In this document: positions 9,760 through 18,227 of the stretch, piece after piece
Numbering within the stretch: position 1 is the first letter of the stretch
How the letters are laid out: every line of letters starts with the position of its first letter
IMG/VR virus record: IMGVR_UViG_3300036770_005214
Location: 1 to 64,000 of that record
Strand: one strand, 5' to 3'
From: a virus
DNA length: 64,000 nucleotides
Notes under the pieces: generated by a model
What the model saw: the letters and a program-made list of their open reading frames with translations, nothing else
Database searches by the model: none
What the model was told of the DNA's origin: nothing
Position numbers and translations under genes: made by a program

Positions 9760-11121
9760 TCAGGTGAGCGCGAGCCAGTCGATCGCGGCAAGATAGTTGG
9801 CGTTACCGCCGGAAAGGTTCGTCACGAGGAGCGAGATGGTGTCCGAGGTTCCGGCCACGTCTGCGCCCAGTGTGAGCGTCGTGTTGGTGAGTTCGAGGTT
9901 CGCGGGTGGCGTGGTGTTGGAGAACACGCCCGCTGCGATGACGGTCCCGGTCCCTGGCGTCACCGAGCCCGCGATGTCCACGTCACAGTAGCCCACCGAG
10001 CCCGCTGCCCACGTCGCCCCGGCGATGGTGCCGTTGTAGATCAGTTCCCACTTGCTCGTCCCGTTGCTGTCGGCGAGCGGGCCCACAGCCGTCGGGATGA
10101 TGGTCACGCGGGGGTAGGCGCCCATGTGACGGATCGAGAACATGGTGTAGTTCGCGCCGTTGCCAACGCCCGTGATCCGAGCCGGACACGCGAACCCAAA
10201 CTTGGTCCCGGTGCCCGTCAGGCCGCCCTCACTCATCACCGTCGAGCAGATGCACGCGATCGAGGCGGGCGCCGCGAGGCCCACATCGCCCGTCACCTCG
10301 TACCGGATGGGGAGGTTGGGGGTGGTCATGTAGACGGACGGATTCAGGTTCGCGTTGTCGAAGCGGTGCGCGTAGATGACCTGACCGTTGATCACGAAGC
10401 CGAGACGGGCCGAGCCCACGCCCAGCCACTCAAAGTCGATCACCAAGATCTGCGTCGCGGTGAAGTCGAGCGTCACGCCGCTCGGTCCCGAGCCATCCAT
10501 GGGGTCGAGGTTCCACGCCGCCTGCGCGACCGTCGTCGTGGGGACCAGCGAGGTCGAGCGCCGCACGAGGTACGCGGTCCCGCCCGACAGTTCCAAGAAG
10601 AAGCCGTTGCCCGAGTCGAAGTAGCCCGCCCGCTTGGTCGCGTTGGCCGTGATGCCGTTCAGGTTGAACGTGCAGAAGATCAGTTGGCTCTTGCCGGGCT
10701 GGTAGGTGAAGTACCGCCGCGACTGCCGCACCGAGGACTGCCCCGCCGCCACCGTCAGCGCCACGGTCGCATTGAGCGCCGACCACACGCCGGCCCCAGC
10801 CCCGCCCGACTGCGACTCGGCCCAGTAGAGCGGCTGCGCATCATAGACGAGCTTCGAGTCGAATACCGTCTGGGGGTTCGAGGTGCGCAGCCGCCCGAAG
10901 GCGTCGAAGTTGGCAGAGGTGAGAGCCATAGCCGTCCAGGTTGCTGCGCCCAAGGTGGCGTTGATGCAGAAGTAGAGCATGGCGTCGCTGGTGACGTAAG
11001 CCGTGTCCCCCGGTTGGAGGTTCGGGTTTTGCGTCGCGCTGCCGGTGATGTTCGGAAGATCTCCGTAGGTGGCGAAGATGCCCCAATAGCCATGGTAAGC
11101 GACTGGCGAGCGGAGAGCCAA
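9760..11121 (-). CDS. Virion protein with concanavalin/LamG-like domain
   Basis: MALRSP anchor (TTG start). DAFGRLRTSNP...YQPGKSQ...DFEWLGVG...PNLPIRYE resembles a widespread phage structural family. Confidence 0.7.
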   Translation of the reverse strand: MALRSPVAYHGYWGIFATYGDLPNITGSATQNPNLQPGDTAYVTSDAMLYFCINATLGAATWTAMALTSANFDAFGRLRTSNPQTVFDSKLVYDAQPLYWAESQSGGAGAGVWSALNATVALTVAAGQSSVRQSRRYFTYQPGKSQLIFCTFNLNGITANATKRAGYFDSGNGFFLELSGGTAYLVRRSTSLVPTTTVAQAAWNLDPMDGSGPSGVTLDFTATQILVIDFEWLGVGSARLGFVINGQVIYAHRFDNANLNPSVYMTTPNLPIRYEVTGDVGLAAPASIACICSTVMSEGGLTGTGTKFGFACPARITGVGNGANYTMFSIRHMGAYPRVTIIPTAVGPLADSNGTSKWELIYNGTIAGATWAAGSVGYCDVDIAGSVTPGTGTVIAAGVFSNTTPPANLELTNTTLTLGADVAGTSDTISLLVTNLSGGNANYLAAIDWLALT

Positions 11122-11129
11122 GGCTTACC

Positions 11130-12560
11130 TCAGAGCAGAATGTTGTGCGCGGCCTCGTCGCTTCCCGCAGTGACCAGTTGCGTCCCCGGCTGCGCCGTGA
11201 TGACGTTCGCGACGATGATGTCGTTGGAGCCCGCAGAGGAGTCGACACCCGTCTCCGCCGTGATGTCCGACCCGCCGATGCGGACCTGGGTGCCCGCGTT
11301 CACCACCACGCCGAAGGTGCCGGAAGCGGGGGCGGAGTCGAGCGCGATGGTCGAACCCTGCACCGATCCGGTCGCAGTAGAGCCCAGGTTCAGGAACAGC
11401 ACGCCGATGGTGCCCCCCGACGGGGAGGAGATGGTGCAGCCACCGTCGACCGCCAGCGAAGCGGAGCCGGTAGCCCCGTAGGACACCATACCGTAGCTGG
11501 TGAAGTTGGTGGCGGAGCACCCGTTGGCCGCGAGCCGGGTCGTGATGAACGCCCCGTTGGCGATCATGCCGCCGTCGCCGCCGTTCGCCGAGCAGCCCGA
11601 GAGCGTCATGGTCGACCCACGGCTCACGAAGCTCGCCAAGGCCTCATCGGGGTTCACCGGGCTGCGCGTGCCGCTCACGGTCGCCCGGCAGCCAACGCAG
11701 GTCATCGGCGTGAAGTTGCCGTAGAAGGCCCCGCGGATGTTGCTGGTCGCGGTGGCGTCGCGGGTGTACTCGACGGTGACGTTCTCGATGTAGACCGGAT
11801 CTCCACCGCTTCCTTCCACGATGCCGAGGCCGCCGCCGTTGCCGGTGTCCAAGGTCGTCTGGATCAGCAGGTCGCGAAGGGTGCCGCCGTTGCCGACCTC
11901 GAACACGGTCGTCTCGGCGGGCGCCGAGTTGTTGCCGAGGATGATGGTCCCAGCCCCGGCCCCGCTGACCACGACGCCAGGGACCTGGAACTGCACGCCG
12001 GGCGAGCCGGGCTGATTCAGGTCGTAGGTGCCGGCCCGGATGTGGATGTCGCCGGGAGCCCCACCGGCCGCGCTGCAAGCCGTGGCGATGCCCGAGCCGT
12101 CACCCGGATCGGGGATGTACACGAAGCCGCCGGCGCTGAAGGCGACCGCCGAGTCGCCGTTCGGGACGTTGCCGACGACGTAGCGGGGACCGAAGTAGGT
12201 CGAGCCGCCGCCACCGCCGCCGGGAGCGAGGATGTACTCCGCCCCGTCCCAGATGAAGGTGTCGCCGATGGCCGGCGCCGCAGAACTGACGGGATTGTTC
12301 TGGATGCCCGTGACGGGGGACTGGCCAGGGGCGCCGAAGCCCCCGGTCGACGTCCAGAGGGTGACCCAGACCGTCCCGCCGAGACAGAGGTACAGAGCGG
12401 TGGGCGGGCCTACGCCAGAGCCACCGCGCAGAGCCGCGAAGGATCCGCCACGGCGGTCGAGGATGCCGTTCGGATCGGCTTCCACAGACTCGACGTCCGG
12501 GTACTGGTTTCCGCCCAGGGACAGACGCCGGCTGTAGAGCCGGCCGATGGTATCGCCCAC
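11130..12560 (-). CDS. Beta-helix (pectin-lyase-like) virion protein
   Basis: GDIHIRAGTYDL...VVSGAGAGTIIL...GTLRDLLI pattern after a poly-Gly hinge. First gene of the array. Confidence 0.65.
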   Translation of the reverse strand: MGDTIGRLYSRRLSLGGNQYPDVESVEADPNGILDRRGGSFAALRGGSGVGPPTALYLCLGGTVWVTLWTSTGGFGAPGQSPVTGIQNNPVSSAAPAIGDTFIWDGAEYILAPGGGGGGSTYFGPRYVVGNVPNGDSAVAFSAGGFVYIPDPGDGSGIATACSAAGGAPGDIHIRAGTYDLNQPGSPGVQFQVPGVVVSGAGAGTIILGNNSAPAETTVFEVGNGGTLRDLLIQTTLDTGNGGGLGIVEGSGGDPVYIENVTVEYTRDATATSNIRGAFYGNFTPMTCVGCRATVSGTRSPVNPDEALASFVSRGSTMTLSGCSANGGDGGMIANGAFITTRLAANGCSATNFTSYGMVSYGATGSASLAVDGGCTISSPSGGTIGVLFLNLGSTATGSVQGSTIALDSAPASGTFGVVVNAGTQVRIGGSDITAETGVDSSAGSNDIIVANVITAQPGTQLVTAGSDEAAHNILL

Positions 12561-12602
12561 GAGACCCCCAAGGGGGGCGCACCCCCACGGGGAGTACCTA
12601 CC

Positions 12603-13076
12603 TCACTTCACGCCGACCGAGCAAGGGGTAACAGGGGTGGCAAGCCCCTTTGGAGGTCTACCAAAGCGCAGGCCCGTCGCGATGGCCACTTGAGCGACCA
12701 TGATGGTCAGCGGACCGACCACGAAGGGCCAGTACGGGTGGAGGATAACCCGGAGCGACAGCGGATCACAACCGAGCACGCTGCGGTAGAGCCGCTGCAT
12801 GGAGCGGGCCAAGATCTCGGTGTGGTCGTCGCCGTCCTCGGGCGCGAGGGCGTGGCCAGCCTCGTGGAGGGCCACCACGGTCCAGAGGGTGCCAGGGATG
12901 CGGGGATCGACCCAGATGGTCCGCCGAGTGAGGCGCTTGCCGCCGACCCGACAGCCGGCCGTGGCGCACAGGCCGCCGAAGCCTTCCGGGGGCGGGGCGT
13001 GGATGACCGCGATGCGAAGCCGCTGGATGGCAGCGGTGACCTCCGCCCGCGTCACAGGGTCACCACGCTGGGCCAT
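12603..13076 (-). CDS. HEXXH zinc metallopeptidase-like protein (ImmA/SprT-like)
   Basis: TIWVDPR...VALHEAGHAL...DH. The true start may be the GTG near 13055. Confidence 0.6.
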   Translation of the reverse strand: MAQRGDPVTRAEVTAAIQRLRIAVIHAPPPEGFGGLCATAGCRVGGKRLTRRTIWVDPRIPGTLWTVVALHEAGHALAPEDGDDHTEILARSMQRLYRSVLGCDPLSLRVILHPYWPFVVGPLTIMVAQVAIATGLRFGRPPKGLATPVTPCSVGVK

Positions 13077-13654
13077 GCGTGGCTGCTTAGGACGGCGTGC
13101 TCCAGGGCCGTGCGGTAGGCCAAGATCTCACCGGAGGTCGGGGGCCGGTCCAGGAACCGCCGAAGGGCCAGGAGGCCCCGGAACGGCACCGCGGGCGGAA
13201 GGTCCTCGGGGTCCGAGAGGAGACCCACCTCCAGGTGCCCCGAAGCCGTCAGCCGGGCCGCCATCGTCCGCCCGAAGGCGTCGAGGTGGCTCGCCAGGGT
13301 CAGCTTGACCGACCCCTCGGGCTGCTCGGGGAGAGGGTGCAGGCGAAGCTCGTAGGTCAGCGCCCCGATACCCGACCCCCAAAGGGCGCCCGTGGGGTGC
13401 TCCTGGGTGTCCTCCCGCTCCATGCCGTGCGCCTGGAGCAGGTCATCCACCACCGGCAGAACCTCGACCACACACGGCTGGTACCACGCCAGCAGGGTGC
13501 AGGGGAGCGGCCGATCGGGCTCGTGGGAGCGGCGGGCGCAGGGCCGGGCCTCGAAGCCGGGCAGGTCGCCTAGCGTCTCCCGGATGGCGTCCAGGGCGCC
13601 GCGGTACAGGGCGCTGCGCAGCGTCCGATGCGCGAGGTAGGGAAGGCCGCTCAC
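13052..13654 (-). CDS. Hypothetical protein
   Basis: Overlaps its neighbours in a coupled operon. No recognisable motif. Confidence 0.55.
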   Translation of the reverse strand: MSGLPYLAHRTLRSALYRGALDAIRETLGDLPGFEARPCARRSHEPDRPLPCTLLAWYQPCVVEVLPVVDDLLQAHGMEREDTQEHPTGALWGSGIGALTYELRLHPLPEQPEGSVKLTLASHLDAFGRTMAARLTASGHLEVGLLSDPEDLPPAVPFRGLLALRRFLDRPPTSGEILAYRTALEHAVLSSHAWPSVVTL

Positions 13655-13960
13655 AGGTCCCTCATGTCCCGCAAGGGGCCGGGAAGACGGGCGATCACCG
13701 ACCGGAGGTAGATGGCTCGGGGCACGCTGCCCCGCTGGCGGTCTAGCTCGGCTAGCTCGTCGTCCGAGAGCCGGACGTACTGCTCCTGGGGGACGTCTCG
13801 GACCTCGTTCTGGGACAGGATCAGCTTGCCGTCGCGGATGCCGCGGAGCATACGCCGGAAGTCGGTGATCCCGTTCAAGATCTTGGGGTCGGAGCGAAAC
13901 TTGACCGCGACCTTCGCGGTCCGGTCGGGGCTGTTCTTGACGTGGGGTGTTCTGGGCATG
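13651..13960 (-). CDS. Putative ribbon-helix-helix/CopG-like DNA-binding protein
   Basis: AGGAG RBS before ATG 13960. QYVRLSDDELAELDRQRGSVPRAIYLRSVI is RHH-like. Has its own promoter TTGCAC-17-TATACC. Confidence 0.55.
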
Positions 13961-13993
13961 GGGTCTCCTGGTGGGCTGGTATATGCCGGGGGG

Positions 13994-14494
13994 CTACGGG
14001 GTGCAAGGGGATAGGGCAAGCCAGTCCGGGGGCTCGCGACGCGTCCAGCGGGCTGCTGGGCCCCAGGCTTGATACTTGGCCGTGAGGCAGCGCCGGTAGG
14101 CGGCGTAGGGGTCGGGGCCGCGCAAGGCCTCGGGCATGGCCTGGGGGATCGGGGGAGCGGGATCGGCCGGGATCAGGGAGGCCGCCGCACGGGCGCCTAG
14201 CAGGGCCGCCAGGGAGCCGTGGACGCGGCCGTACCGGTGGGCGTACTCGGCGCAGAGGGCTTCGCCGTGGTCCGCTACCCAGAGGTAGGCGGCTCGCGAG
14301 GAGGCCGCCCAGCGGACGCAGGGATGACCCTGGTGGGTGGGCCGGTAGCCACCCGGGGGGACCTCGGAAGGGGCCGCAAGGTGCAGGGCGGTCCACACGA
14401 TCTGCGCCGACTCCAACGCCATCTTGACGACGTGGCGATCGGCCAGGGCGAGAGCCGCCCTAGCCGGATCGGGATCGGAGGCAAAGACGTTCAC
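13994..14494 (-). CDS. denV: Pyrimidine-dimer DNA glycosylase / T4 endonuclease V-like
   Basis: MNVF...DRHVVKMALESAQ...YRPTHQGHPCVRW...EYAHRYGRVH...PQAMP matches the family pattern. Confidence 0.85.
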   Translation of the reverse strand: MNVFASDPDPARAALALADRHVVKMALESAQIVWTALHLAAPSEVPPGGYRPTHQGHPCVRWAASSRAAYLWVADHGEALCAEYAHRYGRVHGSLAALLGARAAASLIPADPAPPIPQAMPEALRGPDPYAAYRRCLTAKYQAWGPAARWTRREPPDWLALSPCTP

Positions 14495-14497
14495 GGG

Positions 14498-14848
14498 TCA
14501 CCCGTTCCGGCGGGCTTCGGACATCGGGCAGGGCTTCCAGTAGAGGTCCCGCTCGATCAGGGGCAGGTTGCCGCCCCGCATGACGCGGACCGTCATCGCA
14601 AGATCGCCCACGTCGATGTACCCGTACTCCCCCATGCCCATGCCCATATCGGCCCAGCCGAAGGCCTCGCCCGTCTTGGGGTCGTACTCGGTCAGGAACC
14701 AAGTCGCGCCGCTGTACGGCGAGAACAGCTTGACGTGGGCGATGGGGTCGGGGTTCTTCTCCTGGCCGCGAAGGGGTGGGAGCTTCTTGGCTACCGAGTC
14801 GGGGAGCAGTTGGTGCTTGCGGGGGCCGTCAGTGGGGAAGCGGGGCAT
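14498..14848 (-). CDS. DUF2958-family protein
   Basis: VKLFSPYSGATWFLTEYDP...AFGWADMG.G..EYGYI...IERDLYW. GGAGA RBS before ATG 14848. Confidence 0.8.
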   Translation of the reverse strand: MPRFPTDGPRKHQLLPDSVAKKLPPLRGQEKNPDPIAHVKLFSPYSGATWFLTEYDPKTGEAFGWADMGMGMGEYGYIDVGDLAMTVRVMRGGNLPLIERDLYWKPCPMSEARRNG

Positions 14849-14922
14849 GGTCGTGTCTCCAGAGTGAAAGGGAAGGGAAGGGAAGGGGAGCCCAGCCGAA
14901 GCCGGGCCCCACCAGGGAAGGA

Positions 14923-15321
14923 TCACCGGATCTCGGCGAGGGTCTGGAGCATGGCCTCCGCGTGGGCCTTGCGGGCCTGCACGAGGGCCGTCTTGTGGAT
15001 GGGGCGGACGGGGGGATGGCCGTCCTCGGCAGTCCAGGCGCGAGCGATCATGTCCGCGTCTTGGCGGGTCCAGAGGAGCGTCCCACACACGTCACCGCGG
15101 ACGCCCTTGAGGGCGTAGCCCTTGCGGCCGTCGCGGCCGGCTACGGAGCCGATCGCCAGGGTGCAGTCCTCCAGGGCCACGGCCCACACATGAGCGACCA
15201 GGGCCACATGGCCCAGCCGGGCGGACTCGGCCTCACGAGCGAGGTACTCCTCGGCCTCGGCGATCGTCTGGGTGTAGAGGGCGACGTACTGGTCGCGGAT
15301 AGAGGAGCGGGCGGTCATCAT
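14923..15321 (-). CDS. Hypothetical early protein
   Basis: Preceded by the repeated CTGGAGACACGACC-ATG leader. Confidence 0.65.
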   Translation of the reverse strand: MMTARSSIRDQYVALYTQTIAEAEEYLAREAESARLGHVALVAHVWAVALEDCTLAIGSVAGRDGRKGYALKGVRGDVCGTLLWTRQDADMIARAWTAEDGHPPVRPIHKTALVQARKAHAEAMLQTLAEIR

Positions 15322-15358
15322 GGTCGTGTCTCCAGAGTGAAAGGGAAGGGAAGGGGGA

Positions 15359-15694
15359 TCAGGCTTGGGCGTCGATCAGCGCGTCGACCTGGGCGGGGAA
15401 GCTCGAATCGAAGGCCGCCCCGCTGTTGCGCAGGACTTGGAGCAGCGACCAGTCCGAGTAGGCAAACCCGAAGGGGCCGGCGCTACGGGGGCCCGCCGCC
15501 GCGAAGTCGTTGAAGAGGACCACCGTCCAGTGATCGAGGGCTTCCACCTTCCCGCCCTTGCGGCGGGCTCCGCGGCGGTCAGCGGCAGCGGCGTCGACCA
15601 GATAGGCCTTGGCGGCCGAGCGGTAGGCTCGGAGGACCTTGGAGGCGGCGGGGTGCTGCGCGAAGAACTTGGCAAGGGAGGTCTTGGTGGCCAT
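15359..15694 (-). CDS. Hypothetical early protein
   Basis: AGGAG RBS, ATG 15694, directly after promoter-repeat copy 1. Confidence 0.65.
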   Translation of the reverse strand: MATKTSLAKFFAQHPAASKVLRAYRSAAKAYLVDAAAADRRGARRKGGKVEALDHWTVVLFNDFAAAGPRSAGPFGFAYSDWSLLQVLRNSGAAFDSSFPAQVDALIDAQA

Positions 15695-15718
15695 GGTCGG
15701 GTCTCCTGTTTGCCGGGC

Positions 15719-15774
15719 GGGCACCGTTGCCGCCGGCACTGTCTCTGTATCCAGGGGCGGCCGTACCGTCAACC
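15719..15774 (-). promoter_or_regulatory. Early promoter plus leader hairpin, repeat copy 1
   Basis: Minus strand TTGACG (15772-15767), 17-bp spacer, TACAGA (15749-15744), then a GCCGGCGGCAACGGTGCC hairpin. Near-identical at 17416 and 26363; variant at 19068. Confidence 0.75.
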
Positions 15775-15917
15775 AAGAAGGTGCAGATTGCTAAAAAAGG
15801 GCCTTAGAACCGTCAATCTTTCTGATCGGTGGTTCGGGCGGTTCGCCCGCGGGAGGCCCGGCCAGAGGGCAAGGCCCCCAGAGGGGGAAGGGGCAAAGGG
15901 GGAAGGGGTAAGGGGGG

Positions 15918-16118
15918 TCAGGCCCACAAGCGCAGTAGGCGCTCGTCCTGCGCAGCCCGTACCCTTGCCCTGCGGGCCCGCTCCTCGGGATGCCTCCGCA
16001 TCTCGGCACGCAGCCGGATGATGGCTGCCTCGGCCGTCAGGGCCACGCAGGGGTCGTCCGAGAAGACGTCCCGGCGAGCGGCGTGCAGGTCCCGCTCGAT
16101 CTCCTCCAGGGCCCTCAC
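15918..16118 (-). CDS. Small hypothetical protein
   Basis: GTGA-coupled to the upstream gene. Followed by a C-rich tract in the mRNA. Confidence 0.5.
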   Translation of the reverse strand: MRALEEIERDLHAARRDVFSDDPCVALTAEAAIIRLRAEMRRHPEERARRARVRAAQDERLLRLWA

Positions 16119-16348
16119 GAGGCCACCTCGGCCATGAGGTCCATGGCGGCCCGCTGGCGCAGGTCAACGAGGTCCATCCCGGTCAGCCAGTCCGCACCCA
16201 CGCGGATCGCCTCGGCCTCGGCGTCGGCCAGCCACGCGAGCAAGCCCGGGAGGTCCAGGGTATCGAGGCCATGGGCGGAGACCAGTCCCCGGGGGGTCGA
16301 GGCTTCGCCGAGCACGGTGTTCCAGTAGGTCTCATGGGCGGTCGTCAT
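16115..16348 (-). CDS. Small hypothetical protein
   Basis: Repeated GGAGACACGACC leader before ATG 16348. Confidence 0.6.
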   Translation of the reverse strand: MTTAHETYWNTVLGEASTPRGLVSAHGLDTLDLPGLLAWLADAEAEAIRVGADWLTGMDLVDLRQRAAMDLMAEVAS

Positions 16349-16370
16349 GGTCGTGTCTCCAGGTGAAGGG

Positions 16371-16400
16371 GAAGGGGGGCAAGCCCCCCAGGGAAGGGCG
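16371..16400 (-). repeat. 30-bp intergenic repeat with G6-CUUG-C6 hairpin
   Basis: GAAGGGGGGCAAGCCCCCCAGGGAAGGGCG is identical at 16709-16738. Variants occur near 17386-17410 and 14885-14921 (UUCG loop). Confidence 0.85.
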
Positions 16401-16422
16401 ATTGTCGTTCGGGGCCTCGGGG

Positions 16423-16683
16423 CTACGCCCCCTGGGCGGCCATGGCCCCAGCCCAAGCGGTGAGCGCGTCGGCCGCCCCCGCGTAGTCCCGGGCCTTGAA
16501 CTTCTGGCCGGTGATCTGGGCCGCCGCCTTCATCATCGCGCTCGGGGTGTAGGCGCGGTTCACCTTCATACCGGTCCGGGCGTAGAAGCGCAGGGCCGAT
16601 GCGATGGCGCTGGCGCGGTAGATGCTGACGGCTGCGGGACCGCTGAAGGTGGTGGTCCCGCCCGGGGTGGTTTCGATCGGCAT
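16423..16683 (-). CDS. Small hypothetical protein
   Basis: AAGGAG RBS before ATG 16683 (MPIETTPGG...). Confidence 0.65.
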   Translation of the reverse strand: MPIETTPGGTTTFSGPAAVSIYRASAIASALRFYARTGMKVNRAYTPSAMMKAAAQITGQKFKARDYAGAADALTAWAGAMAAQGA

Positions 16684-16739
16684 GTGAGTCTCCTTGTGTT
16701 GAGTAGGTGAAGGGGGGCAAGCCCCCCAGGGAAGGGCGG

Positions 16740-17363
16740 TCAGGCGATCTCGGCGCCGAAGACCGTACAGGGGGCATGGGCGCCGTTCTGGGAGCGATAC
16801 CAGTCGGGGGGGCTCAGGGGGAGCACGAGCAGCCCGGTGTACCCGTGGACGAGCACCCGGCGGAGCACCAAGGCAGGGCCGATCCGGTTGATCGTCACGG
16901 TGACGTCCTCGCCCGCAGCGGGGATCGCACCGGAGCCCGACCACTGGCCCCCTTGCCAGCCTTCCTGGTCAGGCTGGACGGCTACGCCCAGGTAGGCGTA
17001 GCCGCCGCTCACCCGGGCATGGGCCTGCACGCCCATTCCAGAGAGGGCGAAGTCGCGATCTCCGGTCTTCTCGTGGTGGGCCTCTAGCTGGCTGACGTAG
17101 GCCGCGGTCAGCCCGGAGAGTGCCTCACGAGCAGCGGGGCTCAGGTGCCCGGGGGTGCGGCTACCGCAGCGATCCCCCAGGAGGGCGAAGCGGTAGCCCG
17201 AGATCGTCACGGGGCGGCGGTTGGCCACCTTGGGGCGCCCCGTGGGGGTCAGCACCGGACGGCTGACCGACTCCACGATGGCGCGGGCCCCGAAGGCGAT
17301 GGGGGACTCCGGGATGATATCGAGGCCGAAGGTGAAGGAAGGGGCAGGGGAGAGGGTAGACAT
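16740..17363 (-). CDS. Hypothetical early protein
   Basis: AGGAG RBS. First gene after promoter-repeat copy 2. Confidence 0.65.
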   Translation of the reverse strand: MSTLSPAPSFTFGLDIIPESPIAFGARAIVESVSRPVLTPTGRPKVANRRPVTISGYRFALLGDRCGSRTPGHLSPAAREALSGLTAAYVSQLEAHHEKTGDRDFALSGMGVQAHARVSGGYAYLGVAVQPDQEGWQGGQWSGSGAIPAAGEDVTVTINRIGPALVLRRVLVHGYTGLLVLPLSPPDWYRSQNGAHAPCTVFGAEIA

Positions 17364-17415
17364 TGGGGATCTCCTAGTAGGTGCAGGGGGACAAGCCCCC
17401 CAGGGGAAGGTCGGC

Positions 17416-17495
17416 GGGCACCGTTGCCGCCGGCACTGTCTCTGTATCCAGGGGCGGCCCTACCGTCAACCATAAAGGTGCAGATACCGTGAAAG
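17416..17495 (-). promoter_or_regulatory. Early promoter plus leader hairpin, repeat copy 2
   Basis: TTGACG (17469-17464), 17-bp spacer, TACAGA (17446-17441). Its upstream block of about 30 bp is shared with copy 3. Confidence 0.75.
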
Positions 17496-17633
17496 TGTAG
17501 TTTCTACCGTGATCCGGGGGCAGTCCTCCCGCTGCCTCCTGGGGGCAGTCCTCCCCCGCGGGTCGCGCGCACGAGGGCGGACCCCGAAGGGGTAAGGGGG
17601 AAGGGGGGAAGGGGTAAGGGGGGAAGGGCGGGA

Positions 17634-17684
17634 TCAGGGGTCTGCTGCCGACCCTGCCCGGGGCCCCATGGGGATGGGCGTCAT
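17634..17684 (-). CDS. Micro-ORF 4 (16 aa, MTPIPMGPRAGSAADP)
   Basis: ATGA overlap with micro-ORF 3 and a GAGGGG SD. Its stop lies just before the C-rich tract. Confidence 0.35.
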   Translation of the reverse strand: MTPIPMGPRAGSAADP

Positions 17685-17803
17685 ACGAGTCGTCCCCTCG
17701 CCCGCGAGCGATACCACGGCCAGCGAAGCGACCGCGACCGAGACCACGACAAGGGCCCCGATCGCGACTGCGGACGGACAGCACCGATGGTCAAGGGGGT
17801 CAC
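17681..17803 (-). CDS. Ser/Arg/Trp-repeat micro-ORF 3 (40 aa)
   Basis: GTGA overlap. MTPLTIGAVRPQSRSGPLSWSRSRSLRWPWYRSRARGRLV. Confidence 0.5.
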   Translation of the reverse strand: MTPLTIGAVRPQSRSGPLSWSRSRSLRWPWYRSRARGRLV

Positions 17804-17973
17804 AGCCGCCCCCTCGCCTGCGACCGCGACCGAGACCGCAACAACGATCGAGGGCCGACCCCGGACCGCGACTCGGAAACCGGCCACGGCCCCGACCCGG
17901 ACTCCGACCACGGCCATGGCCCTGACCCGGACTCCGACCCCAAGCTGCTCCGACCCCCGCGCAGCGCGATCAT
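17800..17973 (-). CDS. Ser-X repeat micro-ORF 2 (57 aa)
   Basis: AGGAGG SD and ATGA overlap. MIALRGGRSSLGSESGSGPWPWSESGSG...RSRSRSQARGRL. Confidence 0.55.
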   Translation of the reverse strand: MIALRGGRSSLGSESGSGPWPWSESGSGPWPVSESRSGVGPRSLLRSRSRSQARGRL

Positions 17974-18227
17974 GGCTGACCTCCTACGGGCTGCGACCGC
18001 GACCGCGACCACGACAACGACCACAACCGCGACCCTGGCCCTGACCACGACCCCGACCCCGACCACGACCCCGACCGCGACCGCGACCGCAACCGCAACC
18101 CCAACCACGACCGCGACCCCGACCGCGACCCCGACCACGACCACGACCACGGCCACGACCACGACCATGACCGCGGCCCCGACCACGACCGCGACCGCGG
18201 CGTCGCCCCCGCAAGTAGCGCCACCAC
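17970..18227 (-). CDS. Ser-X (SR/SW/SG) repeat micro-ORF 1 (85 aa)
   Basis: GTG overlaps the upstream TAG. Encoded by degenerate hexamer repeats (NCGACC on the plus strand). Confidence 0.55.
   Translation of the reverse strand: MVALLAGATPRSRSWSGPRSWSWSWPWSWSWSGSRSGSRSWLGLRLRSRSRSGSWSGSGSWSGPGSRLWSLSWSRSRSQPVGGQP

Noticed and set aside
2615-13118. Long plus-strand ORFs (2615-4135, 6117-8363, 11145-13118)
   Set aside because: Arg/Gly/Val-rich antisense shadows of the structural genes.
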